Shown piece after piece: positions 30,617 through 41,411 of a stretch of 64,000 bases of DNA. The notes below the pieces were generated by a model. That model worked only from the letters and a program-made list of their open reading frames with translations. It ran no database searches and had not been told where the DNA came from. The stretch is from Scenedesmus sp. PABB004 (taxonomy: Eukaryota): assembly GCA_014905635.1 (NCBI GenBank), contig CM026547.1, forward strand, positions 3,906,001 to 3,970,000, written 5' to 3'. Within the stretch, counting starts at the first letter, position 1. Each line of letters opens with the position of its first letter. The translations under genes were made by a program, and so were the position numbers.

Positions 30617-33341
30617 ATGGCCGCGATGCTGAACGCCAACGCCAGCAAGCTCAGCGTGGGCGCCCGCCCGGCGCCGGCGGGCCGCCGCGCGGTGGTCTGC
30701 CCGGCCGTGCGCGATGTCTTTATGCCCGGTGAGCGCGCCCTACGCCGCGCGGGCGCGGGGCCGCCGCAGGCGCTGCGCGGGTGATGGGGCCGCTGCTGCC
30801 GCGCACCCCCGCGCGCCGGGGGCCCCGCGGCGCCGTCGCGGCGCCGCTCCGGGCGCGGCAGCGCGCTCAGACCGCCCCCCGCGCCCCGCTCGGCGCGCAG
30901 CGCTGTCGTCGACCATGACTGAGGGCAAAATCGTGAGCTGGCTCAAGAACGTGGGCGACAAGGTCGCCAAGGGCGAGCCGATTGTCGTGGTCGAGTCCGA
31001 CAAGGGTGAGCGCGCCGCGCGCGCCGCGAGCCCGGCGCGACAGCCGCGGGCGCGGGCGCCGCGCAGCGGTTGGCGGCGGCGCCGCTGCTCGCGCCGACGC
31101 GCCGCCGCGCCGCGCGCAGCCGACATGGACGTGGAGAGCTTCAGCGAGGGCATCCTGGGCGCCATCGTCGTGAACGAGGGCGAGCGCGCCAACGTGGGCG
31201 CGGCGATCGCCTTCATCGCCGAGAGCGACGCAGACCTGGCCGAGGCCAAGAAGAAGGCCGGCAGCAACGGCGCCCCCGCCGCCGCGCCCGCAGCCGGTGC
31301 GCACGCGGCGCGGCGCCGCGCGCGCGGCGCCGCGGCGGGGCTCCGCGCGCGGCGGAGCGCCGCCGCCCACGCCGCCGATGCCGCCGCCGCGCGCCCCCGC
31401 GCCGCACGCAGCCGCGCCCGCGCCCGCTGCGGCGCCGGCGGCGCCCGCGGCGCCCGCCGCGGCGCCCGCGGCGCCCGCGCCCGCGGCGCCCGCGCCGGCG
31501 GCGCCCGCGCCGGCGGCCGCGCCGCGCGCGGACGGCCGCGTGATCGCCACGCCTTACGCCAAGCAGCTGGCCAAGGACCTGCGCGTGGACCTGGCCACCG
31601 TGGCGGGCTCCGGCCCCAACGGCCGCATCACCGCGAGCGACGTCGAGCGCGCGGCCAAGGGCGGCGCGCCCGCGACGCCCGCGGCCGCCGCGCCGGCCGC
31701 CGCGCCCGCGCCCGCCGGCGGCGTCGCGCCCGCGCCCGCGCCGGCCGCCAAGGCCGGCGCCGGCACGACCGTCGGCGAGCTGCGCGGCACGACCAAGCCC
31801 TTCACCACGCTGCAGGCGGCGGTGGCGCGCAACATGAACGAGAGCCTCAAGGTGCGGCGCCGCGCTGGGGCGCCTGCCTGCGGCGGTCCCGGGGGGAGCG
31901 CGCCCGCGCGGCACGCCAGCGCGGCACGCCAGCGCGGCACGCCAGCGCGGCACGCCAGCGCGGCACGCCAGCGCGGCACGCCAGCGCGGCACGCCAGCGC
32001 GGCACGCCAGCGCGGCACGCCAGCGCGGCACGCCGCCCCAGCGGCGGCGGGCGGGCGCGCGGCGCGCCCCTGTTAATCCCTCTCGCCCTGGCGACCCACA
32101 GCGGCGGGAGTTTCAGATGGGGCGCACAGCAGCGGGGGAGTTTCGCTGACAGCGCCCCGGCCCTCGCGGCCGCACGCCGTGGGTGTTTTTCTGATAGTAG
32201 CTCCCCCACAAACACCCCCTCCCTCCCTCACCTCTCCCTCACCGCACGCCCCCACGCCCACCACACCACCACCACGACGCCCACCACACCACCACCACGA
32301 CGCCCACCACACCACCACCACGCCCCCCACACCACCCCCCCACAGGTCCCTGAGTTCCGTGTGAGCATGAGCATCGAGACCGACAAGTTTGACGCCCTCT
32401 ACAAGCGCCTCAAGCCCCACGGCGTCACCATGACCGCCCTGCTCGCCAAGGCCGTCGGCAACGCGCTCGCCAGCCACCCCGTGCTCTTCGCGGGTGCGGC
32501 GGCGGCTGGCTGCTGCGCCCCGCCCCGCGCCGCGCCGCGCCGCGCCGCGCCGGCCTGCCCGCGCGCCCGCCCCGGCTCGCGCGCACCCCGGCCCACGCGC
32601 GCCGCCGCCGCCGCGCCGCCGCGCCTCGGCGCAGCGTGCACGCCGGACGGCGCTGGCATCACGTACAACGAGCACATCAACGTCGCGCTCGCGGTGGCCA
32701 TGCCCGACGGCGGCCTCATCACGCCGGTGCTCAAGGACGCCGACAAGGCGCGGCAGCGGCCCGCGGCGCGGCGGCTCGGGCGCGCGCCTGACCTCAGCGT
32801 GTCGTCGTGTGCTCCCGCGCGCTCACACGCGCGCACGCACGCGCCCCCGCTGCGGTTTTACGCAGGTTGACATCTACCAGCTCTCCCGCAACTGGGCCGA
32901 CCTGGTGAAGCGCGCACGCGGCAAGCAGCTCGCACCGGACGAGTACAACAGCGGCACGTTCACCATCAGCAACCTCGGCATGTTCGGCGTCGACACCTTT
33001 GACGCCATCCTGCCCCCGGGTGCGCGCGCCGCGGCGGCCATGCCCCCTGCCGCCCGGCGCGCACGCGCACGCCTCGCGCGCCCACGCCGCCTGGGCGCTC
33101 ACGCCGCCCGCCCACGCCCCGCCGCCGCCGCCGCCGCCCGCGCGCAGGCACGGCGGCGATCATGGCCGTCGGCGGCAGCAAGCCCACGGTCGTCGCGACG
33201 CCGGAGGGCCTGCTGGGCGTGCGCAAGGTGATGACGGTCAACATCACCGCCGACCACCGCATCGTGTACGGCGCCGACGCGGCCGAGTTCCTGCAGACGC
33301 TCAAGGCCATCATCGAGAGCCCCGATGCGCTGCTGCTGTGA
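30617..33341 (+). CDS. DLA2: Plastid pyruvate dehydrogenase E2 (dihydrolipoamide acetyltransferase)
   Basis: FMP|ALSSTMTEGKIVSW, lipoyl motif VESDK|ADMDVE, ATPYAKQLA..GSGPNGRIT, GTFTISNLGMFGV, TADHRIVYGADAAEFL; TGTAA at 33732-33736. Confidence 0.95.
31906..32034. repeat. 13-bp minisatellite (GCGCGGCACGCCA) x~10 in a DLA2 intron
   Basis: Perfect tandem units read directly. Confidence 0.93.
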
Positions 33342-34105
33342 GCGCAGGCGCTGCAGCTGCTGCGAGGCGCCGGGCCGTCCGCGCGCTACGCGCGCGCGAG
33401 GGCGACGCCGCGCGGGGCCCGGGCGGGGGCGGCAGAAGAAGCATCGGGCGGCGGCGGGCGGGGGCGCGCGGCCGATAGCGCGGCGGCGTGAACCGGCGAC
33501 AGGATTCACGCGCCGCGGGGCGCGCGCCCGCGCGCCAACCCGCCCCGGCTGGCGCGTCGGCTCCAGGGCTGGGGGGCGGGGCTGCGGGGTGGGCGGGGCG
33601 CCCCGGGGATCGGGCGCGCGAGCGAGGCGACGGCCGCGCGCGCGGCCCAGTGGCCGCCGCGCGGCGCCGCGCGGGCACCACGTGCTGCGTTGGCAGGGCT
33701 GCTGACAAGCGCTGTGCCTCACGCGCCCGGCTGTAACTGATTGCAAAGCACGCAACCGGCATTCACCGACCGGTGTTCACCAACTGCAGACACAAACGAA
33801 GAGCGCAAGTTGCGCTGCGCAAGGATTCAGTCGCGCGATCCCCGGGGACAGCTATCAGTGGCGATCGAACGAGACCTCCCAGGATGCCCCCGCCAGCCGT
33901 CTCACCGGACAGCAGGCGACCTCAATCCTTCAGCTCCAGTCACTCAAGCCCCAGCCGTGCACGGGGCACCAGGCAACGCGCCTGAGCACTGCTCCAAACG
34001 TAGCTGCAGAGCGCAGTCCCAAGCGTGCCTCGCCACATTCGTTAAAGCTAAGCACGCAAGCCGATCAGAGACCAACTCGCACGCTGCTCGCATCAAACAG
34101 CGCCA

Positions 34106-35781
34106 TCACGCGCCCACGCTGCTGTGCGCGCGCGGCGTGCGGGACGCGAGCGGCGCGCGCGGCGGCGAGCCCGGCCGCCGCTGCCCGTAGACCTCGACCA
34201 CGGCGGCGGCAAAATCGGCCGCCGTTAGGCAGCAGGGATAGATGAGCACGTGGAGCCGCGCAAACTGCTGCCAGCTCAGGCAGCTGAACAGTTGCCCGGC
34301 CGCGATGCCGCCCACGAGGCCGAGCTTGGCCATCAGCAGGCGCACCTGCTCCAGCGTCTCCTCCCGCGCCTCCGCCCGCGCGAGGTGCTGCAGCATGCTC
34401 TCGGGCAGCGGCGCGCCGACGTCGCCGGGCGGCGCGACCTCGCCCCAGCGCTCGCATATGGCGCGTGCAAGGGGCGCGCGGACGCGCTTGAACACGCGCA
34501 GCCCCGCCGCGACGTCCCGGACCTGGCCGGGCGAGAGCCCGAGGTGCTTCACCGCCCAGCAGCAGAGCGCGTGCTTCTGGCCCTCACTGCAGACCTCCCC
34601 CGTCTCAACGTTGAGGCAGCCGAGCCTGGAGGTCAGCTCAGAGCGGTTGGCCATAATCAGCGACGCACACAGCACCTGTGGGCGGGCGGGAGGGCGCGCC
34701 CGGCAAGGAGGGGGGAAGGGTGGTCGGGTGCGGACCGGGTGCGGACCGGGTGCAGGCGCGGGCCGGCATCAGCTGCGCGCGCGGCGGCGCCTTGCCGCGC
34801 ACCAGCTGGCGCATTGAAACCTCGCGCACGCGCTCGAGCGGCGGCGGCGCGCCGGGCGGCAGCCCCTTCGCGTCCAGCTGCTGCAGCGCCACGGCGAGCA
34901 TGTGCACAGTCTGGGGGGGGGGGGCGTTGTTGCGGGGCGCGCGTTGGCTCGGAGCCGGGGAGGGGGCGGAGGGCACGTCGGAGCAGCCCCACCTCTGCAA
35001 AGTGCTGGCACAGCTCCTCGAACGTGATGGTGCGCGCCTCGGCCGCCGGCGCCTGTGCGGAGCGGCGGCGCAGGTCGGCAGCAGCGTGCCTGCAGCCCCG
35101 GCCCGAGCGCGCGTGCCCCAAGCGCTCGCACCTGTGACAGCAGCTCCCGCACAAACCACAACGGGTCGTGCGACGGCGCGATGCGCTCGTGCGCCTCGTC
35201 AGCCGCGAGCCCCGACCCCGACCCCGCGCCCGAGCACGCGGCGCTGTTGCCTGCCGCCGCCGAGGGCTCGCTCGCCGCCTCGCCGCTGGTGTCGAGGGAG
35301 GTCTGGCTCAGCTGCTCCAGCAGCAGCAGCTCTTCGTCGCCCGCGTCCAGCTCCGCCGCCGCGAGCAGCAGCGACTCTGGCGCGTCGCTGCTGCACTCAC
35401 CCGCCGCGGCCGCCTGCTGCTGGCGCCGCAGCTGCTGCTGCTGCCTGATCCAGCCCATGGTGTCCACGTACGCCTGCAGCAGGTCGTGCTGCGACAGGGC
35501 GCGGGGGGCAGCGGCGGCGTGGCGGCAGCGGCGGCGGCCGACGCCGGCGGGCCGCAGTCGCCGCTGCTGCCGCTGGCGGTCCGTGCGCGGTTTGGCCGCA
35601 CAGGCGGCGCCAGGGCCGCTGTCAGGGCCGCTGTCAGGGCCGCAGCAGCCGCGCCCACCTCGCGGGCGATGGTGTCGCGCTCCTGCTGCAGCCGGCGGAG
35701 CTCCGCCTCCCGAGCCTCCAGCTGCAGCGACAGCTGCGCCACGCGGCCGCGCTGCGCCGCGTAGCGGTTGGCCACGGGCAT
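34106..35781 (-). CDS. Hypothetical protein with N-terminal leucine-zipper-like coiled coil, tandem copy A (~5 exons)
   Basis: MPVANRYAAQRGRVAQLSLQLEAREAELRRLQQERDTIARE|HDLLQAYVD..|..HLGLSPGQ..LSWQQFARLHVLIYP; GT-AG introns keep frame. Confidence 0.65.
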
Positions 35782-36383
35782 GCTGCTGCGGGCTGCGGCG
35801 GCGCCCTCGTGGCAGCCGTGGTCACGCGTGCGCGGCCATGGCGGCGGTGCCCTGCGCGCCCTTCCTCTGGAGTTCGGCTCGTGGGGAGGCTGTGCCGGCC
35901 CTGGGGTTGCTGCGGCGGCGAGCGCGTGAGCCCTGCGCGCTGGACCGCCGCCGCTGCCGCGCAGCGCGACCGAGCGGGGGCTGGGGTGCCAGACGGTGAC
36001 ACGAGTGCCAATGGCACCACAACACCACCACGTTCCGGCTCCCCGCGGCGCGCGGCTGTGCAGGGGCAGGGCTCGGCCCGGCGGCTCCAGGTGGCGCTCG
36101 CACGCCGTATACAACTGATGCCGCCCGCTGCGCGCGGCCTGCAGGCAGCACTCCCAGTCGGCCCAATCGCAACAAATTGGCGGCCAACAAATAAATAGTA
36201 CATACATAAATAGTACATACATCAGTTTCGCCCCAGTGCATCGACATCGCCCCCATCGCGCCACCAATACCGTGCACGAGGCGCCTCATGCTGCCTCCCA
36301 GTGCTGCCGCCGCTTGAAACGTTGATGCAAACAAATAACAAAAGCCGCTCGGAGCTCCCTCGCCCCGCCCCGGCGGGACGCCG

Positions 36384-38062
36384 TCACGTGCCCACGCTGC
36401 TGTGCGCGCGCGCCGCGCGGGCACCGCGCGGCGCGGGCGGCGGCGGCGAGCCCGGCCGCCGCTGCCCGTAGACCTCGACCACGGCGGCGGCAAAATCGGC
36501 CGCCGTTAGGCAGCAGGGATAGATGAGCACGTGGAATCGCGCAAACTGCTGCCAGCTCACGCAGCCAAACAGCTGTGCACCCGCGATGCCTCCCACGAGG
36601 CCGAGCTTGGCCATCAGCAGGCGCACCTGCTCCAGCGTCTCCTCCCGCGCCTCCGCCCGCGCGAGGTGCTGCAGCATGCTCTCGGGCAGCGGCGCGCCGA
36701 CGTCGCCGGGCGGCGCGACCTCGCCCCAGCGCTCGCATATGGCGCGTGCAAGGGGCGCGCGGACGCGCTTGAACACGCGCAGCCCCGCCGCGACGTCCCG
36801 GACCTGGCCGGGCGAGAGCCCGAGGTGCTTCACCGCCCAGCAGCAGAGCGCGTGCTTCTGGCCCTCACTGCAGACCTCCCCCGTCTCAACGTTGAGGCAG
36901 CCGAGCCTGGAGGTCAGCTCAGAGCGGTTGGCCATAATCAGCGACGCACACAGCACCTGTGGGCGGGCGGGAGGGCGCGCCCGGCAAGGAGGGGGGAAGG
37001 GTGGTCGGGTGCGGACCGGGTGCGGACCGGGTGCAGGCGCGGGCCGGCATCAGCTGCGCGCGCGGCGGCGCCTTGCCGCGCACCAGCTGGCGCATTGAAA
37101 CCTCGCGCACGCGCTCGAGCGGCGGCGGCGCGCCGGGCGGCAGCCCCTTCGCGTCCAGCTGCTGCAGCGCCACGGCGAGCATGTGCACAGTCTGGGGGGG
37201 GGGGGCGTTGTTGCGGGGCGCGCGTTGGCTCGGAGCCGGGGAGGGGGCGGAGGGCACGTCGGAGCAGCCCCACCTCTGCAAAGTGCTGGCACAGCTCCTC
37301 GAACGTGATGGTGCGCGCCTCGGCCGCCGGCGCCTGTGCGGAGCGGCGGCGCAGGTCGGCAGCAGCGTGCCTGCAGCCCCGGCCCGAGCGCGCGTGCCCC
37401 AAGCGCTCGCACCTGTGACAGCAGCTCCCGCACAAACCACAACGGGTCGTGCGACGGCGCGATGCGCTCGTGCGCCTCGTCAGCCGCGAGCCCCGACCCC
37501 GACCCCGCGCCCGAGCACGCGGCGCTGTTGCCTGCCGCCGCCGAGGGCTCGCTCGCCGCCTCGCCGCTGGTGTCGAGGGAGGTCTGGCTCAGCTGCTCCA
37601 GCAGCAGCAGCTCTTCGTCGCCCGCGTCCAGCTCCGCCGCCGCGAGCAGCAGCGACTCTGGCGCGTCGCTGCTGCACTCACCCGCCGCGGCCGCCTGCTG
37701 CTGGCGCCGCAGCTGCTGCTGCTGCCTGATCCAGCCCATGGTGTCCACGTACGCCTGCAGCAGGTCGTGCTGCGACAGGGCGCGGGGGGCAGCGGCGGCG
37801 TGGCGGCAGCGGCGGCGGCCGACGCCGGCGGGCCGCAGTCGCCGCTGCTGCCGCTGGCGGTCCGTGCGCGGTTTGGCCGCACAGGCGGCGCCAGGGCCGC
37901 TGTCAGGGCCGCTGTCAGGGCCGCAGCAGCCGCGCCCACCTCGCAGGCGATGGTGTCGCGCTCCTGCTGCAGCCGGCGGAGCTCCGCCTCCCGAGCCTCC
38001 AACTGCAGCGACAGCTGCGCCACGCGGCCGCGCTGCACGGCGTAGCGGTTGGTGATGGGCAT
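36384..38062 (-). CDS. Hypothetical zipper-like protein, tandem copy B
   Basis: Same exon structure as copy A offset by 2281 bp; MPITNRYAVQRG.., VSWQQFARFHVLIYP. Confidence 0.65.
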
Positions 38063-38595
38063 GCTGCTGGCGGTGGCGCCTTCGCGGCAGCCGCGGTCAC
38101 GCGTGCGCTGCCATGGCGGTGCCCTGCGCGCCTCCCCTTCCTCTGGCGTTCGGCTCTGGCGGCGGGGAGGAGTTGGCCCGCTGTGGGCGCTGCGGCGGCG
38201 AGCGCGTGAGCCCTGCGCGCTGGACCGCCGCCGCTCTTCCGGCGCGTTGTGACCGCTTTGAGCGGCGAGCGTCCTGGCGCTGTGTTGCCAGGGTGCGAGT
38301 GACACGAGTCTCACACGAGTCTCACAACACCACCACGCTCTGGACGGCGCGCGGCCATGCAGGGGGGCCTCGGCAGGCCGCCTGGGAGGACCGCGCGCCG
38401 CCACGGTGCGCGCCGTCCTCATGCAAGGGCGGCCCCAACGCCGGCCACCGCCGGCAGCAGCACTGCGCCTGGCACATGCGCACCACGCCATCGCAACCGC
38501 GCGCGCGTGCGCGCGCGTGCAACACACAAGTACAGGGGCGCCGCGCCGATCGCCGGCCGCTGGCGCCGCCTCCTCCGCGGGCGCCGCGGCGCGCG

Positions 38596-40814
38596 TCAGC
38601 TGATGACGGCGACGATGACGCTGATGTCGTCGGGCTTGCCGCCGGTGTAGACCATGTCGAACGCCTCGGTCGCGGCGCGGCTGTACGGCGTGACGCGGCC
38701 CTTGTCGACCGAGTGGTCAAACGCGAGCTTTGCGAGCTGCTGCGCCATCGCCGCGGGCCGCGCGCCGCCCGCGAGCAGCGCCGCGACGGTGTCGACCATC
38801 TCCTTGTCGCTCACGTTGTCCAGCAGGCCGTCGCTGCCCATGACGATGACGTCGCCCGCCGTGACCGGCACGGTCGCGAGGTCGGCGTCGGTCGGGCTGT
38901 TGGCATACGCGTGGTGACCGAGCTGGAAGGGGCAGCCAAACTCGTGCTCCAGCTGCGGCGTGCGGAACTTGACGCGCAGCTGCGCGGCGCGGCGCGGGCG
39001 CGGCGGGCGCGGCGGCGGGCGCGTCGGCGGGCGCGGCGGCGGGCGCGTCGGCGCGTCGGCGTGCGCGCCGGCGCGTCGCGGCGGGCGGGGCGCTGCCGGC
39101 GCGCCGCGGCGCGCGGCGCGGCCGCGCGCACGTGGCCGCCCTCGGTCGAGGTCTCGCGCCCGCTGCCGATAATGAGGAAGCCGCTGTCGCCGAGCGTGGC
39201 GCTCTGCAGCTTGCCGCTCTCCTTGTTGATGGTCAGCACGCACGCGGTGCAGCTGCCGTGCACGCCCTCGCTCTCGACGTGCCGCGCTGCGGTCGCCAGG
39301 ACTGCGGCGGCGCGGCGGCGCAGCGGCGCGGTCGGCGGCGGCGGCTGACGCGGCGGCGGCGGGGGCTCGCGCGGCCCGCCGCGCGCGCGCGCGCCGCCGC
39401 CGCGACGCCCGCCCGGCCTGCCGCGGCCGGGCCTGCCGCCGCGCGCTCCGCTGCTGCTGCTGGCTGCTGGCTGCTGGCAGCCAGCTAGCCGCGCGCACCT
39501 TTGTACACGTCCTCGCAGCCCGCCGCGACCATGTGCTGGCACGTCTCCATGAGCGTGCGCGCCATGGTCCCCGAGTCGATGCCCTGCTCCTTCCACATGT
39601 ACACGCCGTCCGCCACGCCCATGCCAAACACGGTCCTGCGCCGCGCGCGCGGCGCGGCGCCGCCCGGCGTGGGCCCCCGCGCAGCGAGCCCGCGGCGCCG
39701 CAGCCGTGCGGCCCGCGCGCGCTGTGCCGCGCCGCGCGGCGCTGCTCACTTGCTGCTGGCGTAGAAGTAGGCGTCCTCGCCGCCGTAGCCAAAGCCCTTC
39801 ATGTTGACGCCCCGGATCTTGTTCTGCATCACCTGCGGCGCGCGCGGCGCGGTGCGGTGCGGTGCGGTGCGCAGTGCGCGAGGCTGGGCCAACGCCGCGC
39901 GCCGCGGGCCGCGCGCCGCCGCTCCTGCCGCGCGCGCGGCGCCGCGCGCCGCCGCGCACCTTCTCCGGGTGCGGGAAGGCCACGCCCGAGACCGCGACGT
40001 GCACCGGCTTGGGCACCGTCACGACCTGCTGCAGGCTCTCCACCAGCGGCAGCAGGTTGCGCTCCAGCGAGCCTGCGGGCGCGGCGCGGACGCGCGGCTC
40101 GGGCGCGCGCGCCCGCGCTGCCGCTGCCGCCCCTGCCGCCCCTGCCGCCCCTGCCGCCGCCGCCGCCGGCGCCGCTCGCTCCCCCGCCGCCGCCGGCGCA
40201 CCCTCGTAGTCGCCGCAGTCGCTGTGCCCGAACCACGAGTGGCAGGGGAAGAGGTGCTGCTCGCCGCCGGGGCCCTGCACGAGCACTGCCTCCAGGTACC
40301 AGCCGTCGCCGGTGTCGCTCGTGCTGCCCTTGCCGCGCTCGATGAACACGCGGCGCAGCGGCCCGATCGGCGGCGACGAGACCTCAAACTCCACGCGGCT
40401 CCCGCGCTCGAGCCCCTCCTCGTCGCTCGCGCCGACGACGTACTTCTCGCTCTCGCCCTCGCTGCCGATGAGCTGGATCGTCACCGGGCTCGCCGTGCCC
40501 GCGCCGCGCAGGTTGCCGGTGAGCACGGTGACGCGGTACGTCTCGGCGTCGTGGTGCGCCGCGCGCGCCGCGAGGCCCGCGTACGTGGCCGCCTGGATCG
40601 GCCCCCCGCCGCCGCCCGGCAGGCCGGTGACCTCGCTGGCCGAGGAGGAGAAGGGGTGCGGCGCGGCGGGCGCGCCCGGCCGGCCGCCGAGCAGCGCCGC
40701 GAGGCACGGCCGCGCCGGCGCCGCCGCCTCGCCGCCGGCGCCGCCGGCTCCCGCCTGGGCTCGCGAGAGGTTCCGGGCCGCCATGAGGCGCCGGGCCAGG
40801 AGCCGTAGCGCCAT
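38596..40814 (-). CDS. PTC7-type PP2C phosphatase with N-terminal PLAT/LH2 domain and organellar presequence
   Basis: PLAT: YRVTVLTGNLRGAGT..IQLIG..GWYLEAVLV..FPCHSW. PP2C: PHPEK, GGEDAYF, GVADGV, GSCTACV, LGDSGF, FGCPFQLG, GSDGLLDN, GGKPDDISVIV. Confidence 0.88.
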
Positions 40815-41411
40815 GGCCCCGCCGCCAGGCGCAACGGCAGCAGCAGCAGCAGGCGAGCTACATTCGCCCGCCCCCCTGGCCGCCCTGGCCGCGGCACGCG
40901 CTGCCGGTGTGCTCCCTGCGAGTGCGCGACGCTGAGGGCTCCTCCCACGCGTGCTGGAGCGTGCGAGCTGCGGCGCGGGCTGTGGCGCGAGCGATGCGGG
41001 TGGCAGCAACCCTGCGGCAGCGAGCTCGCGGTCGGCACGCACGGACGTCGGCTGGAGGGGGTCGGCGAGGCGCGGGGAGTGGGCGCGCGGGCCCCCGGGC
41101 GCGGGCGAGGCCACCCAGGCGCCAGGGCTTGCGCCGCCGCACCGCCGCGCGCGGCTGGGCGCATTCAACCCCGCCACGCGGGGCCCCCGCCAGGTGGGCG
41201 GGGGCTGGCGGCGGCGCGCTGTCGGCCCGCCGCACGACCGGGCTGTTGCGGCGGCTGCGCTGAGCGGCACGCCGCGTGCGCGGCTGCGCGCCGCCGCCGG
41301 TGCCCGGGTGTCCGCCGCCGGTGGCTCGGTCGCTCGGCCCGCCCGCCCGCGGCGTGGCTCAAGTCCGCCCTCCCTCTCTCCCCGGACCGAGCAGCAGGTT
41401 ACCCAGCGCGT

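Larger units (their letters stand above)
34106..38235. repeat. Direct tandem duplication, period 2281 bp (copies ~34106-35955 and ~36384-38235)
   Basis: Identical six-frame ORFs at +2281 (e.g. 34638/36919, 34769/37050); homology extends into upstream sequence. Confidence 0.95.

Noticed and set aside
31906..32034. Possible CRISPR-like array
   Set aside because: Head-to-tail 13-mers without spacers, in a eukaryotic intron, with no cas genes.
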